DNA of 64,000 nt from Selaginella moellendorffii. Taxonomy: Eukaryota > Plantae > Lycopodiophyta. The notes below the pieces were generated by a model. The model had not been told where the DNA came from. It made no database searches and saw only the letters and a list, made by a program, of their open reading frames with translations. The stretch is from NCBI RefSeq assembly GCF_000143415.4, contig NW_003314434.1, forward strand, positions 104,008-168,007, given 5' to 3'. The translations under genes and the position numbers were made by a program. The first letter of the stretch is position 1, and every line of letters begins with the position of its first letter. Shown here piece after piece: positions 1 through 13,336 of this stretch.

Positions 1-626
1 CATTCTCAAACGAAGCACAGGGTAATTATTTCCAATTACCAGTGCCAAAGTTTTTGGTATTTTGCGATCACATTCACCTGCGCTCGAAAAATCTTGCCAC
101 ATTTTCTTTTTTTTCTCTCGGTCCAATCAAAGGCGAGTGTTGGCTTTCCGTTGCGTTGCCTAAAACTACGATGCCGCCAAAACGCCACTATTGCGCAGCG
201 TGTCAGCCATTTCCATGGGCTCCATGTCCTGGGATATTCCCAGACGTGGCGAGGCATATACCCCTCCCGCTGTGGATTATCCCGCGGATATGCTGCCAGG
301 AAGTCTCACGCCAGACAATCATGGTTGATCATAATCTTAAGTAACAACTAGATTCCAGCGAGCGGCAGCAGAGCCTTTTGGTTTTTTTTTCTCATTGGTT
401 CTCTTTTGGAGGAACTCTGTTCTCCGTCGTCGAGAGAGAATGGATTGCGAGAACAAATCGAGGAGCAAATCTTCCCTGCGAGCGAGAATTTCTTCTGTAA
501 CGGCTTCCAACCTCCAACACTGATCTTTAATATTCCTTCGCAAAATCTACGTCTGGAGCAGCACAAAAACAAAACAAGACAAGAAGGAAATCCAAAAAAA
601 ATGGGAGGAGCTTACCAACGTCGTCT

Positions 627-3193
627 CTACTGCTCCGGACCAGTGCCTGCGATTTGCGACCTCCGGATCCCCCAAAAGCCTTTCGGATTCATGCCGCTCT
701 TTGCAGCCGTGAATCTCCATCCCATATGTGCGTCGCACACGCAGTTCGCGATCGTCCAGGCATAGCTACGATAGAAAACAACTCAAGTGAGAGAGAAGAG
801 GAAGAGAATACTGTAATCTTACCCGGGAAACCAGCTGTGCTGTGTTTCCGGACGACCACGTAAGTTGAGCCCCTGTGCTTTGCGAAGAGTAAGCGTCTCA
901 TGCACGTAGCCGTGCTCGTTCACGAAAGCGTTCATAGGACCGTCAGCAGACATGACAAGCATGTCACTCCGCCTAGCAATTGTTGCCTGAAAAAAACATT
1001 TACAGATCACATGTAAAGAAAAACAAAAGAGAGAGGCCTACTTTGCAACTCTTGCAGCGAATGAGATCCATACTCTCGAGAAGCTGGACTTCCCTTCGCA
1101 GCCTGTAAACGACGTCCAACTCAAGAAGCTCCTGCCTAGTCTCGTCTGGAAGCGGCATCTTGCTAGCAATGAAGAACGACAGTAGTCCAGGATTACCGAC
1201 GAGTTCATCCATGCTAGGAAGCTCGACCATTTGTCTCCACATATCTGGGATCAAGCAGAGTTAAGACCACCGAGGAAAAAGCTCTCAGAATTTGTTTTTC
1301 TGTACCTTACCTGCTGCTCTGCGAGATAGATCATACGCGTCATACATCCGGTAGACCCAGTGTGGCCAAGCAGCCCGTTGTCCCCTAGAAATCCACTTGG
1401 CCTCGTCTCTAGCCCAAGCTTTGGAAGCACCACCCCACTCTCCATCCGAGCGGGACCATTTACGAGTCATGGCGTTTTCAGAGCTCTCGCCAGCTTGGTT
1501 TTGATTAACAGGCTGAGACGATGTTGCTGGTAAGTTTCTTTCCACGGACGGTGAAGTATCCAGATCCTCTACATTCCGTCTTCTGAGCCATCTGGGAAGT
1601 ACCATACTACCGTCCTCTTCGTCACTGTCGTCGTGGTGAAACTGTAGTAGCAGATGCGTCAGAGTTCCCTGGCCATTCAGGAACCGTGTCACTTGACTCC
1701 TTATATCACCACTAGCTTCAGGGCCCGCGTCCAGAGGTACCTCATCGTCGTCTTCCACGGGATCAGGAGACTCATGAATGGCACGAGGGACTTTTCCACT
1801 TTCTCTGCTGGGCACAGCAGCCTTGGCCGAAAAAGCATCTCTTGGGACTTGCAAAGGTCTCGTTTCTTCAAGTATCTTGACTAGACAACATGGCTGAGGA
1901 AAGAAAAGAGAAATAACAAAGCATCCGGGAAATGAATATAAAATCTCGTTACCGTATCATTGTCATCACTCCACGCATCTTGAACTCGAAACCTTTGACG
2001 GCCCCTTGCAACAACGGTGATGGAACCATCAAGTGAGTGCCTTAGTTGACGAATCTGCTAGTTGCAAGCAAACGTAAATGAGCAAAACCGAAACGATGAT
2101 GTCATACCTCAGCTGTGGTTCCCACGAGAGCAGGATAAACAGCATTGTCCTTCCGCCCAACGTGAAGCTGGAAAATGAAAACCGGGGAGATTAAAGAACT
2201 ACTGATTCTTACTGATTAAAGAACCGGTTAATGCTTACGTATCAGGAAATAGTGCTGCACATAGCTAAGTTAGAAAGATTTTCTCTCCATCAACACACGT
2301 TACTGTCTGGCAACCATCTAAAGAAAGCATTGTTTTTTGAAGTGCATGGACAGAAATGCAAACCAAGAAGAGTCAGAACAATACCACAGCGAGTGTATAC
2401 GGTGCATGGTCCTGACTTATAGCCGTCACGACGGCGGCCTTACACCTCCGCCGCACAACTTTGAGAGGAAGCGTGGCTTCTGGAAAAAGAACAATGCCTG
2501 CAAAAGAAAACTTTAGAAGCGATCACCCCAAAGGCACAAATCTTCACCTTCCAAGTATAAAATAGGAAGCCTCACGACGCTACCTTCTTCCAGGAACGCA
2601 CGAATGTGTCCCGTGTCGTCCACATCTACCGAGTTGACTCTAAGATCTGGACCGATAGAACAATAAGATCTTACCACCAAGGTACACGTGTCTGCTCGCT
2701 AGAGATGTATCAAACGTGAATCCAGGCCGAGGAGCTCTAGCGATGCGTCCATGCCTGCGTAGCAACGTTCTTTTAGTTCTTGCCAGAAGAAACGAATATC
2801 TAAATCATGAATCCTCAAGAACTTATTCGCAGCAGAAGAAAACACACAAGAATTCCTTGAAGAAAAGGTCTGTGGTTCATGAACAAAAAATGCAGATCAT
2901 ACCAAAGAATTCCGAGGCAAAGAACACATGAAAAGAAAAGAATAGATCAATCAAACAAGCTAGCAATCCCATAATCCAATGATCGAAAGAGAAAAATGGA
3001 GCTACCTGATGTGCGAATCATTGTCTTCCTCCTCCTCCTCCTCCTCGAGCTCTTCCATCTCGAGCGCCTCGATTTGCTCCACCTGATGCCGCTCATTGTC
3101 CGTCATCCGGCGACGGCTCTGCTGCTCCACGACGTGATCCAGCGCCGCCTCATCGATCCCTCCAGCGCCATCCTCGTGTTCTTCGTCGCTCAT
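627..3193 (-). CDS. CRBN: Cereblon-like protein (LON N-terminal domain + CULT domain), multi-exon
   Basis: Exons read MSDEEHEDG..., FTFDTSLASRHVYLG, WPHWVYRMYDAYDL, LSFFIASKMPL..RQELLELDVVYRLRREVQLL, CKSCK, NAFVNEHGYVHETLTL...HSWFPG|YAWTIANC..HMGWRF..FWGIR; GT-AG introns; TAG at 627-629. Confidence 0.9.
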
Positions 3194-3690
3194 ACCTCGC
3201 TCTCACCCTAAATAATATTTCATGCCAATCCAGAAAGCTAGGGTTCTTACGTCTCGTCCACAATGGCGCCCACAATATTATGGCGCCCACACGTATGTCT
3301 CTTTTAAGCTCGATCGCGCGCTTGGCTCTCAATCGCGATTTTCTACCGCATTCTTTCTAGGTAGGCTTTAGATCGATTCTCTTGCATTTTACCCCGGATT
3401 CTTGCGTAGTTCTCAGCTGCAAGAAGGAAAAAAAGATATAGATAGAATTTCTTAGTACTCCTTTAAAGTCGAACGTAGTTTCTGACAACTCACACAGATC
3501 TTAGAGATTTCTAAAATCCTCAAAGAAAGTATAAAAGAGAGCGCCTCAGGAGGGAGAAAACATACTAGAGTACGCAAGCTTTTGCAAAGTGGATGATGGA
3601 ATCATCCCACCATGCTTTCTTTCTAATCGCAAGTGCCTTCCTTTTTTCTCCTTATTCTTTGCTTTCTCTTTGTTCTCCGTTTGATTTGAT

Positions 3691-4915
3691 TCAAACCGAG
3701 CTGACATATTCTTCGTGCTCCTCCTTGTTGTCAGGAATTGCCGGCGGTGCCGCGCTCGATTCAACGTAGCCGCCATACACATACGATACGAATCCCCAGC
3801 AGGAGAGGAGCAGAGCCATGACTTTAAGCCCACCAAAAGCGTCATGGAAGAAGATATATGCAAACACTGCTCCCACTGGGATCACCACGGTAAGAATCAC
3901 TCCAGCCAGCAGCGACGATGAGAGAAAAATAACACCCATTGTTCCCAGGAACGCAGCTTGCCAGGCCAGAGTGGAGCACAACAAAGTCACGAAGTAGGCG
4001 AGACTTCCGGCCTTGAACACCGCGGCCTCGACGTGAATGGCCTCAAAGTCGTTGTTGATGGCCATGCCGACAGTGGAGACGATGGTAGCAACCAGCGCGG
4101 TGGAGGTTTGCATTTGCAAGACTAGCAAGGTGGACTTTCGGCCCAGGACTTTGGCAAAGACGAGCTCGGTGAGGGACAGGATGAGGCCGTAGAGTCCAGC
4201 AGCAGTGATCGTCATGACATAGCCGTGCCCCGTCTGCTCCCGGCTAACTCCCGGAAGCTCGTCGGAGCTGGAGTGGAGGCCCAAGAGCACGGCACTGGAG
4301 CTGACGAGCACGATGGAGTTCCAGACGTATGGGCCGATGCTCTTCCGGAGGAGGAACAAGGCGAAGAGGGAGTTGAAGGCGAGCTGGCTGGATGTCAAGA
4401 GTCCTGCAGTGGAGGCCGGGAGATACGACATCCCCCACGAGTAGAGGAAGTTGTCGAGAGCGATGAGGCAGCCGATGGAAGCGAAAGCAGCGACGAGTTT
4501 GAAGCTGAAGGGTGCGAGAAGGTGGTGGTGGCCGGGGGAATCGCTGCTGCTGCTGCTGGCTTTGAAGTAGACGATCAGCATTGCGAGCGCACAGACCGGC
4601 CAGCCAGCGGTTTGGACCCAGCCGCAGAGCCAGCGCCGGGAGCCACCGTTGGAATAGTAGAAGCGCATGAGCAGCGTGGCGGCGATGAAACCGACGAACA
4701 TTCCGGTGGAGCTCAGGCACAGGAGCAGCCAGTGCTTGCGGCTCTTGCTCCTCAAGGCCCGCGCCAAGGCCGTGCTCCATTCGCCATCGAAAGCACTCAA
4801 GCCTGGAAAACCAAAATACCAACACCGTACGTTTCGGTTCTTTATATGCAAGGTGGATCTCACCTTTGGGCATGGTCTCTTCTGGAGCAACTTTGTCGGC
4901 ATTGAGCTCCGCCAT
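3691..4915 (-). CDS. PUP: Purine permease (PUP family transporter), 2 exons
   Basis: ATG at 4915, intron 4803-4863, then a hydrophobic exon with LLMRFYYSNGGSRRWLCGWVQTAGWP, YSWGMSYLPAST..LTSSQLAFN, SSSLLAGVI, LSCWGFVSYVYG. Confidence 0.9.
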
Positions 4916-6318
4916 AGATACTCGGCTATTTTGTCGATCTAGCAGCCTAAAATTCTCTCTTTTCCAGGACTGCAAGTGAACAAGCTGCGATACGATTATA
5001 AAACTCGAGCTCGCAGCTACTGGCAAACAGCGGGACGTGATATTGGGCGACAATGACAAGCACAGGCGCAGGCATGCACTCTTAAGTTGGATACACTCTT
5101 CCAAGCGCTCGCGCGCTCGCCATTTCTTTATAGTGAGGACACACCCATTGGGAGGACGGATGCGAAACCATGACATCACAGGCTTTGATGTAAGATCGTC
5201 TTTTTCAAATCCATTTCTCACAGGACACCTCAAATTCTTTGGCAAAGACATATAATATAAGCATCATGCTGGTCAGTGTCTCGGGAGTGTCGTGGTGGAT
5301 TTCAGCCTCAAACTAAAGTTTTTGATTCTCTCATGGATAAATTCGCTTACTGTTACTTGTATATAATACAATGGCCATTAAGTCAAAAAGGAAATATTTT
5401 GGCATATAACAAGCATCATAGCTCTCCAACTTTGGAGCCTTAAAAACGCTCTGACCGCACAAATATAAGTTTCCGGCCCATTCACGAGATTACAGCTGAC
5501 GATACTCCTAAGGATTAAGCAAGACCACGCTTTCAAGAAAGAAATCTAGAATATTTTAGAGAAGTTTTTTAGAGTACCTTGTGAGCTTCGAACTTCTCTC
5601 GCGTGTAGCAAGAGCCAATTTCCTGATTGAGGAGGTGCGCATATGAAACAGTATAAAGCCAGGAAACTTTACCACAGAGAGAGAGACAGATGTTCCAGGA
5701 AGGCCTGCTGCCGTCTTGCAATATCCCCGAGCATGATTTCCAAGCGATTCGCAGCAGCAACTGCTCGGGGGAAATGGAAGAGTTTTTGACGCTCTTTAGA
5801 GAATCGTCCGAAGGCTCACGCGTGGCAAATACTTTGGAAGCAGGAGGAGTATCTGTCTGCAATCAAGAGTGAAAATCAAAATCTTACAAAGATTGCCTTT
5901 TCCCTGGAAAGCGAACCTGGAGATTTGAGTGCGGAGTGTGCGGAGTGCGGAGTGTCCAGCACAGGGACCGTTGAAACTGCGCCCCTCAAAACGGCTTCCC
6001 TAGTTGCTGGACACAAAGCTCGCTCCGATGATGGATGGAATCACACCGTTAGCTCAATCATTTTAAGACGAGCTTACCTGGGAATATAATCGATTTCATT
6101 CGCTCAATCGCGCTCCTCACAGCCTGAGTAAAGGGGCAAGAGAAAAGAGAACAATACGGGGCACCACAGACCTTCTGATGTAACCTTTCCAGCAGAGCTG
6201 TAAGATTTTAAGAAATCGCACGGACCATATCTCAGTGGAGCATCTCGGCACATGCATCGTAATTTTATATAGTCCGCGGAGCCTCCTTTCTACGTAAGCG
6301 AACAGTTGTCCCCTCTTA

Positions 6319-8001
6319 CTAATCTTCCTCCGGGTCCTCCATTAATGTCGTGTCATCCAAATAGTGCTGGCCACCGTCAACGTTGTTGGAAAGCATGCTA
6401 GCATCGATATGTTTCCATTCGCTTTGGAGCTCATCCAGAGCTTTCGAGGCAGCACGAGAGACCTCGAGATTTTCGTCTTCAGCTAATCTCTGGCCAGGGG
6501 CATAGGGCGCGTGGTAAATGCCGCTGTATGGAAAAAAAACAGAGCTAACCTGTAATGCGCTGATTCCAGCATTTCCAAGGGCCAAAAGAGACGGTGCATT
6601 TGCAAGGGCATCAACTAAAGCACGCCTGCGTGACAAAAAGGAATTAACGACCTCGGACCACAATTCGCAAGATATAGAACATAAAAGGCCTTGCCTGGTT
6701 GCAATATCTGGAGAGCTCGCGGTCTGCGTGACAAGAGTTGCACCACTTGCACCATGAACTTCATCCATATCGAGAAGTGTTGCTATTATATATTCGAGCT
6801 AGACAGATGCAAACATCAGCAGGAATTGAAGCAGGATATTCATATACCTCATCCGGATCACTATCGTCCAAAACATTGACCTCCGCCAACAGTGACGCCA
6901 TTTTCACGTAGGCTTCCTGTTGACTAGACGTGTTGTGTACGGCTTAGAAATTGTTACAACAAGTGAAAGAAAGAGACCTCAAATTCGGCAACTCGGTCCA
7001 AGGTTGTTTTCTTTACAGGACGTGAAGTTTCGTCCGTACCAGGATTCAGCGTTGTAGTTTCAGCATTTTCTCTGCAACCAAATAATAAAATGCTCACTAC
7101 CGCAAAGAAAAAACACAAAATCTCTTACTTCATCAGCAACACCTTGACGGCAGCATCATGAATGCTCTTCACTGCCTGCATGCGGAAGGAGAGTCTTACA
7201 CATTCATATTTATATGCAAGCCACCTGAACAGTTGCAAAAGAATCTTCCATAGCTCGTCTACGAGCTCGTAAATCGGCCAAGCGGAGATCGGCCTGTAAG
7301 AGGAATACATTACGATCGAAAGAACAGGACTTAGGAGCTTACATCCAGAGCTCCGTCATTCCAATGCTCAGTTGCTGCTACTTTCAATTCGCTGCCTGCA
7401 ATCTCCTTCAACTTCTGAAAATGGGAGAATCACAAGAGAAAATAAAACGGAAAAAACTTCAGCTGGGGTGGAAATCATCCTCTAAACTAAATACTGTGGC
7501 TATACGATTGACGCGGTCAGCCTTTCTGTGCGCCCTCTCCCTGGCACGAGCTTTGGAAAAAGAATTATATAAACGTCAAAGCAAAATGATAGAAGTTCCA
7601 GAAGGATGTTCTTACCATCTAGTTTTGTCACTGTCGATCCTATCAACGCCATGTCTTGGCGAGCACGCATGTCCAATCTCGAAAACTCCCTGCCATGGTA
7701 GAAATAAGAAACAAGGCTACAAGGCTCTTACTCACCGAGCTAAAAGAAGAAGATTACTTCGAGCTTTCTCGTCCATATTCTGCGCTGCGGCCGTCACAAG
7801 CATCGCATCCTGCCGGGCATATTTCGCCGCCTCGGCTAAGCGGCACTGGTGCCCAGACTTGTCTTGCTCTTCCAAGCCAGACGAGCCATTCGGCTTCGCA
7901 GCCCGGCAGCAGCACGGCTTCGCGGCGGCGGCGCTGCCGCAATCCCACGCGCGAAAGCTCGATATTCTTCCATTCTCGCGCACTCCCGCCTGGATTCTCA
8001 T
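6319..8001 (-). CDS. AAF: Senescence-associated chloroplast protein, AAF/SPA15/OSA15-like, multi-exon
   Basis: KYARQDAML, EHWNDGALD, SSPDIATRQ, ALANAPSLLALGNAGISALQ|RLAEDEN..AASKALDELQSEW match the AAF family as recalled; start codon uncertain. Confidence 0.75.
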
Positions 8002-8217
8002 GACTTACAGCGGCGGTGCTCACGCTGCTAGGGTTCTTGCTCGCTTTGCCATGCCGGGGCCCCCGACCTAGACAGTGCTAAGTAGTGGCCACGAGAGCGC
8101 CACAAATCAAAGACAAAAAGAAAATGATTCCAAAGCTGAATATCCCGCCCCTAACAGAATGTACAGAATATCCCCTGACTGAATATACAAAGCAAGCAGA
8201 ATATGCTTGCAGGTTGT

Positions 8218-8227
8218 GACACGTGGC
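8218..8227 (+). promoter_or_regulatory. ABRE/G-box (GACACGTGGC) upstream of OBAP
   Basis: Canonical ACGTGGC core ~80 nt before the OBAP ATG; OBAP is a seed/desiccation-type gene. Confidence 0.5.
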
Positions 8228-8303
8228 GGTCGGGTGGCAATGTGCATATACGCCACTTGGCAAGAGGGTTTTAGCTCGTCGATTGATCGAGAGGAAGAAG
8301 AGA

Positions 8304-9267
8304 ATGGCTGCTGTTGGGCCTGGGCCGGTGGCGACGAGGGAGTATGTTCCTGGCGATGCCAAGGAGACCAAGACCAAGGTCTTGGAGTCCGGCGCTTCAA
8401 TCCTCCAAAGCTTCGCTCCAGTGAACAAGATCCATCAACATCTTTGCGCGTAAGATCGCAAGCTCCTTCTAGATCTCTCTCGCCTTTGTTGTTGTTGTGG
8501 TTCCCGATTTTCTCTTCTCTGTTTTGGAAGAAGCTTTTCTCCATAGAGTTTTTGGTGTTCCAGCTTCCCTCTTGTGCGTTTTCCTGCCACGAGAAAACAT
8601 CAACTTAGAGCAAAGAAGTTTCTCTTTTTGCTTGCCTTTGGCTGACGCCTTGTCTTGGTTTCTTCTCAGCTTCCACGGCTATGGACACGACATGAGCCGC
8701 CAGGTAGAAGCCCACCACTACTGCGGCCATGTAAACGAAGACATGCGGCAGTGCGTTATATACGACAGCGATGACGCGAACGCGAGGCTCATCGGCATCG
8801 AGTATATCATCTCCGAAGCTCTCTTCATGGGGCTGCCGGACGAGGAGAAGAAGCTCTGGCACTCTCACGAGTACGAGGTGAAGAGCGGCATCCTCTTCTG
8901 TCCGGGCCTGCCCGAGATGGCCGAGCACGCCGAGCTTGCCAAAGTCGCCAAGACGTATGGCAAGACGTTCCACTTCTGGCAGTTTGATCGAGGAGACGCG
9001 CTGCCTCTGGGGCCGCCGCAGCTCATGATGTCCTTCACAAAGGATGGTCAGCTCCACGATAAATTGGCCAAAGGTAAGACTTTGTTGTACCTCTAGTAAT
9101 GCTGATCACTCCGTGATTGTCTAGATGTCGAGGAACGATATGGCGTCTCGTTTGCTGCGAAGAAGAAGAAGCGAGCTGATATGAAAGGACCCGACCTTGG
9201 AATTCATTCCCTGGCTGACTACTGGGAGAAAGGAAAAGGCTTCCAAACTGTCGTTAAGGAGATGTAG
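8304..9267 (+). CDS. OBAP1: Oil body-associated protein (OBAP1/DUF1264), 3 exons
   Basis: [15 protein letters not shown]|[79 protein letters not shown]; TAG 9265-9267. Confidence 0.92.
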
Positions 9268-9342
9268 GCGTGGTGTTAGTCCAGGAACTAGAAACTAAAA
9301 GTGAATGATGTTCTTCAAAAGGCACCTGGATTACACGCTTGT

Positions 9343-12300
9343 CTAGAGCCTCTCTTTGACTATGAATGTACGCAGCGTGGTGCCTCCTCTTTCCATCACC
9401 TCAGTCTGCCTGTGGACTCTTCGTCCCCTTCCCTCAAGGCAAAATGCACTAGGGACATGTCTGCAGTGAGCTATCTTGATTGTGGAAATGGATCTCCAGT
9501 CTCCATCCTAGGATGGAGAAAGCATGTAAGATTTTATATACTGTGTCTAGTTTACTCACCTGAGGCGTGTTGAAATGCCCTGACGTATCACATGAGTCCA
9601 GAGATAAGCATCTCAGCAGTGGGAACTGCAAATAGAATATCTTAGAGATCTTTCAGCTACCCCCGCCCAGATTTAAGTACCTGATACGAAGCATCCATTA
9701 TGAAGTTCCTTGGCAGACCAGCTCCCTGCTCAAAGCAAACGAATTAAGTAAGGCATTCCCAACGTTTCCATCTTACATTATGACGTAATGTCAACGATTG
9801 GAGTCCATACAAGCAGAGTAAGACAGCGGCACCTTCCCTTGTAGCCTCACCACAATCCTGCAAATAAGAGAAAGAGCGTCAGCTAAGACGTTGGTTCTAG
9901 ATGTTAATTCAAACCTCCAGCTTAAGTTCAGAAAGTGCAGGCCAGGCTTTAGAAATTATGCTCAGAGCACCTGTTGACAATAAGAAAACTGTTATGTGGA
10001 AGTACGAAGAAAAATAAGATTTACAGACCAGAATCAAGGCAACGGCAAGCCGTCAGTGACAGTTGACGCAGACCTTTACAAGAAGTCGCAATTGATGCAA
10101 GTTGAGCATTTGTAAGCGAAGGGCAAACATCTTCAAGCTTCAGAGAGACAAGATTGGAAGTTAAAGATTCCAAAAACTTTCCCGACAATGGCTGCAAAGT
10201 ATGACGCAGTTTCAGCGTAGTCAAGAATGGTAACTTCGCTATTGCATGATTTAAGTCGTCATCTAAAAGGTCCTGCAATCATGGAGAAAACCGTAAGTAA
10301 ATAGATAACGCAAACAACTGATCTTACCTGGAGAGACAGAGAAAGATGTTGTAACTGTGGACAACGACTGGGAAGCTCACGAAGAAATGTGCTGGTAATC
10401 TGTGCTCCGAGTCCCAGGTGAAGTGTTTGTAAAAAGGGAAGTTTTGCGTTTGCCAGTATGTGTGCCACACCCCACCCGGCTTTCAACCTACGAAGATCCA
10501 GTTTTTCCTCTTTCAAACCTTCATACGAAAATGCTCCTCTACAGTCTCTGAAGTTCAGACTTGTAAGTTTAAAATTTTTTCTGATTGTGTATGATATAGC
10601 CGCTCCAGTAACCTGCATTGCTAACATTTTAAGTGATTCTTGCAAAAAACAGCTTACGCGATCCTTACCTGCGTTCCTCGTATATTTAAAGTTTCCAGAG
10701 AGGTTCCACAAGACAGAAAGAGGCCATCATCAATGAGGTTCGTGTAACAAAGCGATAGGCTTAAGAAACTGGATATTCGTGTCAGCAGACGAACAAGAGC
10801 TCCAGCAGACAATCCTGTAGTTTTGTGAGTTGAATTTTCTTCGGTTAAACACATGAAAGAGATCAGGAAACCTGTACAGTAGGCAAGGTCCAATACTTCC
10901 AGGTTACATTCTTGATCAGAAGCCGCCAGTAATGCACATACAGATTGAAATCCAAATGCGGTGATAGCAGCTCGGAGAAACCGCAGTTTTGGATGGCCTT
11001 GCAAAAACTTTGCAATGCCCGAGTCACTGAGATTACTGCATCCACTTAATGAGATTGCAGATATACTTGGACACTTTTTCGATATCAAAGATAACTCAGA
11101 ATCTGTGATGCAAAGCAGATTAACGCATGGTAGCAAAAAGGAGTATACTTAGAAGACGGACCTTTGAGCTCAGTATGCCCCGTAAGATGAAGTTCGACTA
11201 AATAACGATGAGTGTCCCATGAACCTTTCTTGTACGAAGTCGTCAACAGTTTTCCAGTACAAGGCTTCTTCACGGTCGCAAGGTGGATAACGCTTAAATC
11301 TCGAGAAAAGTCCGCTACCTCAATAAAAGGGCAAGCCGAAGCCAAATGCGATAGGAAAAAAGCCGAAAATTGAGGACACTGCGACACGTTCAACTGTTGC
11401 AGGCTTGAGCACGTCGTCTTTATCCAAAGAAATAGCTCCTCTGGTCTTACTCTCCAGCACTTACCGAGAAGCAAAATTCGAAGGCTGTTCAAAAGTGGAA
11501 TACCGGATCTATCTGGTTTGTTAACTTCTTCTGATACGCTTGGAAGTTGCATTAGCTCAAATTGCGTCCTCTCTTCTTGAAGAGGATACAGGCTGACTAG
11601 GTGATTGAGGAACGGACCAGCTGCAGAAGAGTTTGAATATCGAGAAGAACTGTTCAGGAATGAATGAAGTATGTACTCTCCTTCAACTTTTATAGGGGAA
11701 CAAAGAACCGAGTCGAACAATATCACGTCTGTAACTTGCTGGCATCCAGTAAGATTTAAAATCTATCAAGAAAAGAATAAAATAAATCACAAGAAAGCAC
11801 AAAAACAAATATCTGACCTTTGTGTATTGAGAAAGGCGAAGGCCCGCGGATTTTATTTCAGGAGGTTCCAAAGGAAGGTCACGATTGTGGGAGTTCAATA
11901 ATGAGTTATCCGACTGAGCTGGATAGGTAGAGAAGTGTAAGAAAGAAGAAAAGACACGTATTATGGATCCACCGACCTGCTAGAAAGTCCACCGGCACCC
12001 AATGCATTCTGACCTGTCTCGGTAAATGATTTTAGAAATGAGTTCATACAGAAGGTATAATAATGTGCAACCTTGCTTATTAGCTCGAGTGCGCAATCCC
12101 TTGTTTCAAACCTACACCTGCGTAAGATAGCCTGGAAAAGGTTTCTCTCGCTGTAAAAGAGATTGTTGTTGGCCACAAGACATAGCTTTGTAAACAACCG
12201 CACCTGGATATTGTGAGAAATGGATGGTTTACAGCAGCTTGAAAAAGTAAAAGTGGAATGTTTTCGAGGAATTCACCAGAGCCCGCATCTTCCTGAAGTC

Positions 12301-13077
12301 ACTGCCGCTGGACCAAGTTACTTCCATAAAGAGAGGAAACAAAGTTAAAAGGTTTACTTACAAAGTTGATTGCGAGGTAGCGCGCGCAAGCACTGGCAAT
12401 AGTAGGGACTCCTGAATGCATACCACAGGTTTCCTTGTGATTTCAGATATTAAGAAACAAACCTGTTTCAGTGGCAACTTTCCAGAGACGAGGAACGTAC
12501 TGCAAAACATCTTGGTTGTCTCGAGAACACGAGAGCATGTCAGAAGCAATCCAAACTTGACACTCAGAAATAATAGAATCGCAGCCAAAAAATGTGGCGC
12601 CCTGCATGCAAAGAGCAAAGAGATGAAAAGAAGAAGCTATACTTGCGATGGTTTTTACCTCAAGCAAGTCTGCGACGCTGCAAGGAGCTACGTCGAGGCG
12701 CTCGAATAGAATTCCTTGCAAAATGTTGGCTAGAACTTCCAAATTCCAAGTCACAACAACGTGATCACTATGGGCCTCCCTGAAAACGAAAAGGATTAAC
12801 CGAAATCCCGAGTCGAGCGATAGACAAGAACCTGAAATTGCTGAAGAGCGATCGAAAATAGCTGGATCGCTCCGATAATCTGTAGACCCTACGTTAGCAG
12901 GAGCGAATATCTCGACTCGCAAACGTACATGACCCTGGACGCACGCAAGAAAACCTTGCACTTCCTCGCGAGAAGCAGCGGAATCCAATCCTCCCTCTCC
13001 ATCGCCGCAGCGTGAACCGCAGCTCCTCCCTCCTCGCAATCGCTGTCGCGGAGCTCCAAGATCACCTCGTCCTCCAT
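9343..13077 (-). CDS. FBL11: BTB/POZ-BACK + LRR protein, FBL11-like, multi-exon
   Basis: MEDEVILELRD start, VVVTWNLEVLANILQ, many AMN1-type LRRs (CSSLQQLNVSQCPQ, CPSISAISLSGCSNLSD), C-terminus RVHRQTEVME..TFIVKERL*. Confidence 0.8.
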
Positions 13078-13336
13078 CGCGAGGATGGAAACCCTGAGAT
13101 TTTAGGCTACATTTTCACAGACATAGAACATTCCCGCGGAGGAATTGACGATGAATCTGGACCGTCGGATCATGGTCGGTGCCTTGTCTTGTCAGCTAAC
13201 CGGCCCCAGATCTACCTGTGTGCTTGGCCATTGCAGCGAGGGCATTGGGTCTTCTTTTTCTCACACTCTCCGCGGTTAAGATTCCAGATTTGTGGAGAAG
13301 TTTCTCTTGTGTGGGAAGAACTGGCAATCGATCAGG

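Noticed and set aside
1-550. Short ORFs at the window start
   Set aside because: No recognisable motifs; probably UTR or intergenic
4225-5251. 226-aa plus-strand and 335-aa minus-strand ORFs overlapping PUP
   Set aside because: Shadow frames of a GC-rich coding exon; only a short stretch of the 335-aa ORF is the real PUP exon 1
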